A DNA stretch of 64,000 bases from Octopus vulgaris (taxonomy: Eukaryota), in the NCBI GenBank assembly GCA_951406725.2, contig OX597815.1, positions 28,582,001 through 28,646,000 of the forward strand. Direction: 5' to 3'. Position 1 is the first letter of the stretch. Each line of letters opens with the position of its first letter. The position numbers and the translations under genes were made by a program. Shown piece after piece: positions 1-64,000 of this stretch. The notes beneath the pieces are model-generated. The model was not told the DNA's origin. It saw only the letters and a list, made by a program, of their open reading frames with translations, and did no database searches.

Positions 1-18
1 TGCTTTCATTAAGGGCAG

Positions 19-178
19 GGCGGTGGGGGTGTTACTGATGCATTTAGCCCCAGGCGATCATCAACGTCACCAGATAGGCTGACACCATCACGGTGTCCTC
101 TGATGGTGATGGTGTCAGCCTATCTGGTGACGTTGATGATCGCCTGGGGCTAAATGCATCAGTAACACGCCCACCGCC
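19..178. repeat. GC-rich near-perfect inverted repeat (73-bp arms, 14-nt spacer); MITE or foldback-like
   Basis: 19-91 is the reverse complement of 106-178 with one mismatch (g28/g169). Confidence 0.9.
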
Positions 179-589
179 TGAATATTTGTTGAATAAAGAA
201 CTCAACATATATGTAGAGCCTATCATCTATCACATGCATCATCTGTGTTGATAAGAATATTGGATGTATAACTGCTGGTTATAATGTACTTTCAATTCTA
301 TCTTGATCACACCATTTTTGTCCATCTTTGCTGAAATTATTTTACTTACTTGTCTTTCTCGGTATAAGTTCATCTATTATCTGTGACCCTTGTGACATGT
401 CTGGACCAGCAAAACGTTTACTTCCAGTATTTTACAATCATGTCATGCACTCATTTATACGTAAAATAATTATTGAAAATATCATTGAAGTGTCTCCAAG
501 TGTTCAGCTCATTGAAACTGGTAAATGGGCAGGCATACCACATGCATTTGACAGGAATGAGAGGGATAACTACAAGGAAAATAATGATA

Positions 590-753
590 GGCGCAGGAGT
601 GGCTGTGTGGTAAGTAGCTTGTTTACCAACCACATGGTTCCGGGTTCAGTCCCACTGCGTGGCACCTTGAGCAAGTGTCTTCTACTATAGCCTCGGGCCG
701 ACCAAAGCCTTGTGAGTGGATTTGGTAGATGGAAACTGAAAGGAAGCCCGTCG

Positions 754-802
<49 letters not shown>

Positions 803-1037
803 GTATATATATATGTGCGTGTATGTATGTGTGTCTGTGTTAGTCCCCCTAGCATTGCTTGACAATCGATGCTGGTGTGTTTATGTCCCCGTCACCTAGC
901 GGTTTGGCAAAAGAGACCGATAGAATAAGTGCTGGGCTTACAAAGAATAAGTCCCAGGATCGAGTTGCTCGATTAAAGGCAGTGCTCCAGCATAGCCGCA
1001 GTCAAATGACTGAAACAAGTAAAAAAAAAAAAAAAGA
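590..1037 (+). mobile_element. tRNA-derived SINE family 1 (central microsatellite, A-rich/AAAAGAGT tail)
   Basis: A/B-box-like head ggagtggctgtgtggtaag ... ggttcagtccc; six near-identical copies in the window. Confidence 0.85.
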
Positions 1038-1433
1038 ATAGTAATGATGGACAGAGCTCAGTATTTCATTTGGGAAGTGCATGGGAGATGAGTTAATAGA
1101 TGTAGACCTTGTGAAACTGGAGACAGAGTAATTACTGGGAATTTGGAAGGTGGTTTCATTGATCTGAATGCAGTAAATTCACATGAGTTTAGAGACGCAG
1201 TAAATTTACAGGAGTGTAACTAAAAGCGACTGCAACATTACCTTGATACAGAGAAGGACAGAGACATACATTTAGGCACAAATCTATACAAATACTTCTT
1301 TGCACACATGCATGCATACACACACACAAATATAGGTGCTGTATGTCCAAATGGTGAAGTTCACTTTGCAAGCATGAAATCTCAGATTCAATCCTTCTCA
1401 TATAGTATTTTGAACAAATGTTATTTTCTATAG

Positions 1434-64000
<62,567 letters not shown>

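Noticed and set aside
590-665. tRNA-like sequences at SINE heads (also 2750-2830)
   Set aside because: No complete cloverleaf, and always attached to repeat bodies

Overview
AT-rich, microsatellite-dense animal genomic DNA. The SINE, RTE, Penelope and mariner content suggests an octopus or other cephalopod (inference from repeat appearance, not tested). Almost all supplied ORFs are microsatellite or transposon noise. The main hidden feature is a plus-strand gene of 23 candidate small exons (30-84 nt) spread over more than 62 kb, each with a polypyrimidine-AG acceptor and a GT donor. Of the 21 exons between the 44-nt first exon and the truncated last exon, 20 are stop-free multiples of 3 in phase 0, and 12 end in ATG|gt. 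The exons fall into paralogous groups and encode a Ser/Lys/Arg/Glu-rich repetitive protein that ends in a predicted coiled coil. One 54-nt exon has been amplified recently inside five near-identical ~3-kb tandem units (about 24.0-39.1 kb). One of those copies is frameshifted, and a separate exon appears to have lost its ancestral donor. The introns contain several type-I hammerhead-ribozyme motifs of the Penelope-element type, long inverted repeats, three SINE-like families, RTE/CR1/REL-type LINE remnants, mariner/Tc1 relics and a degenerate Gypsy LTR element.
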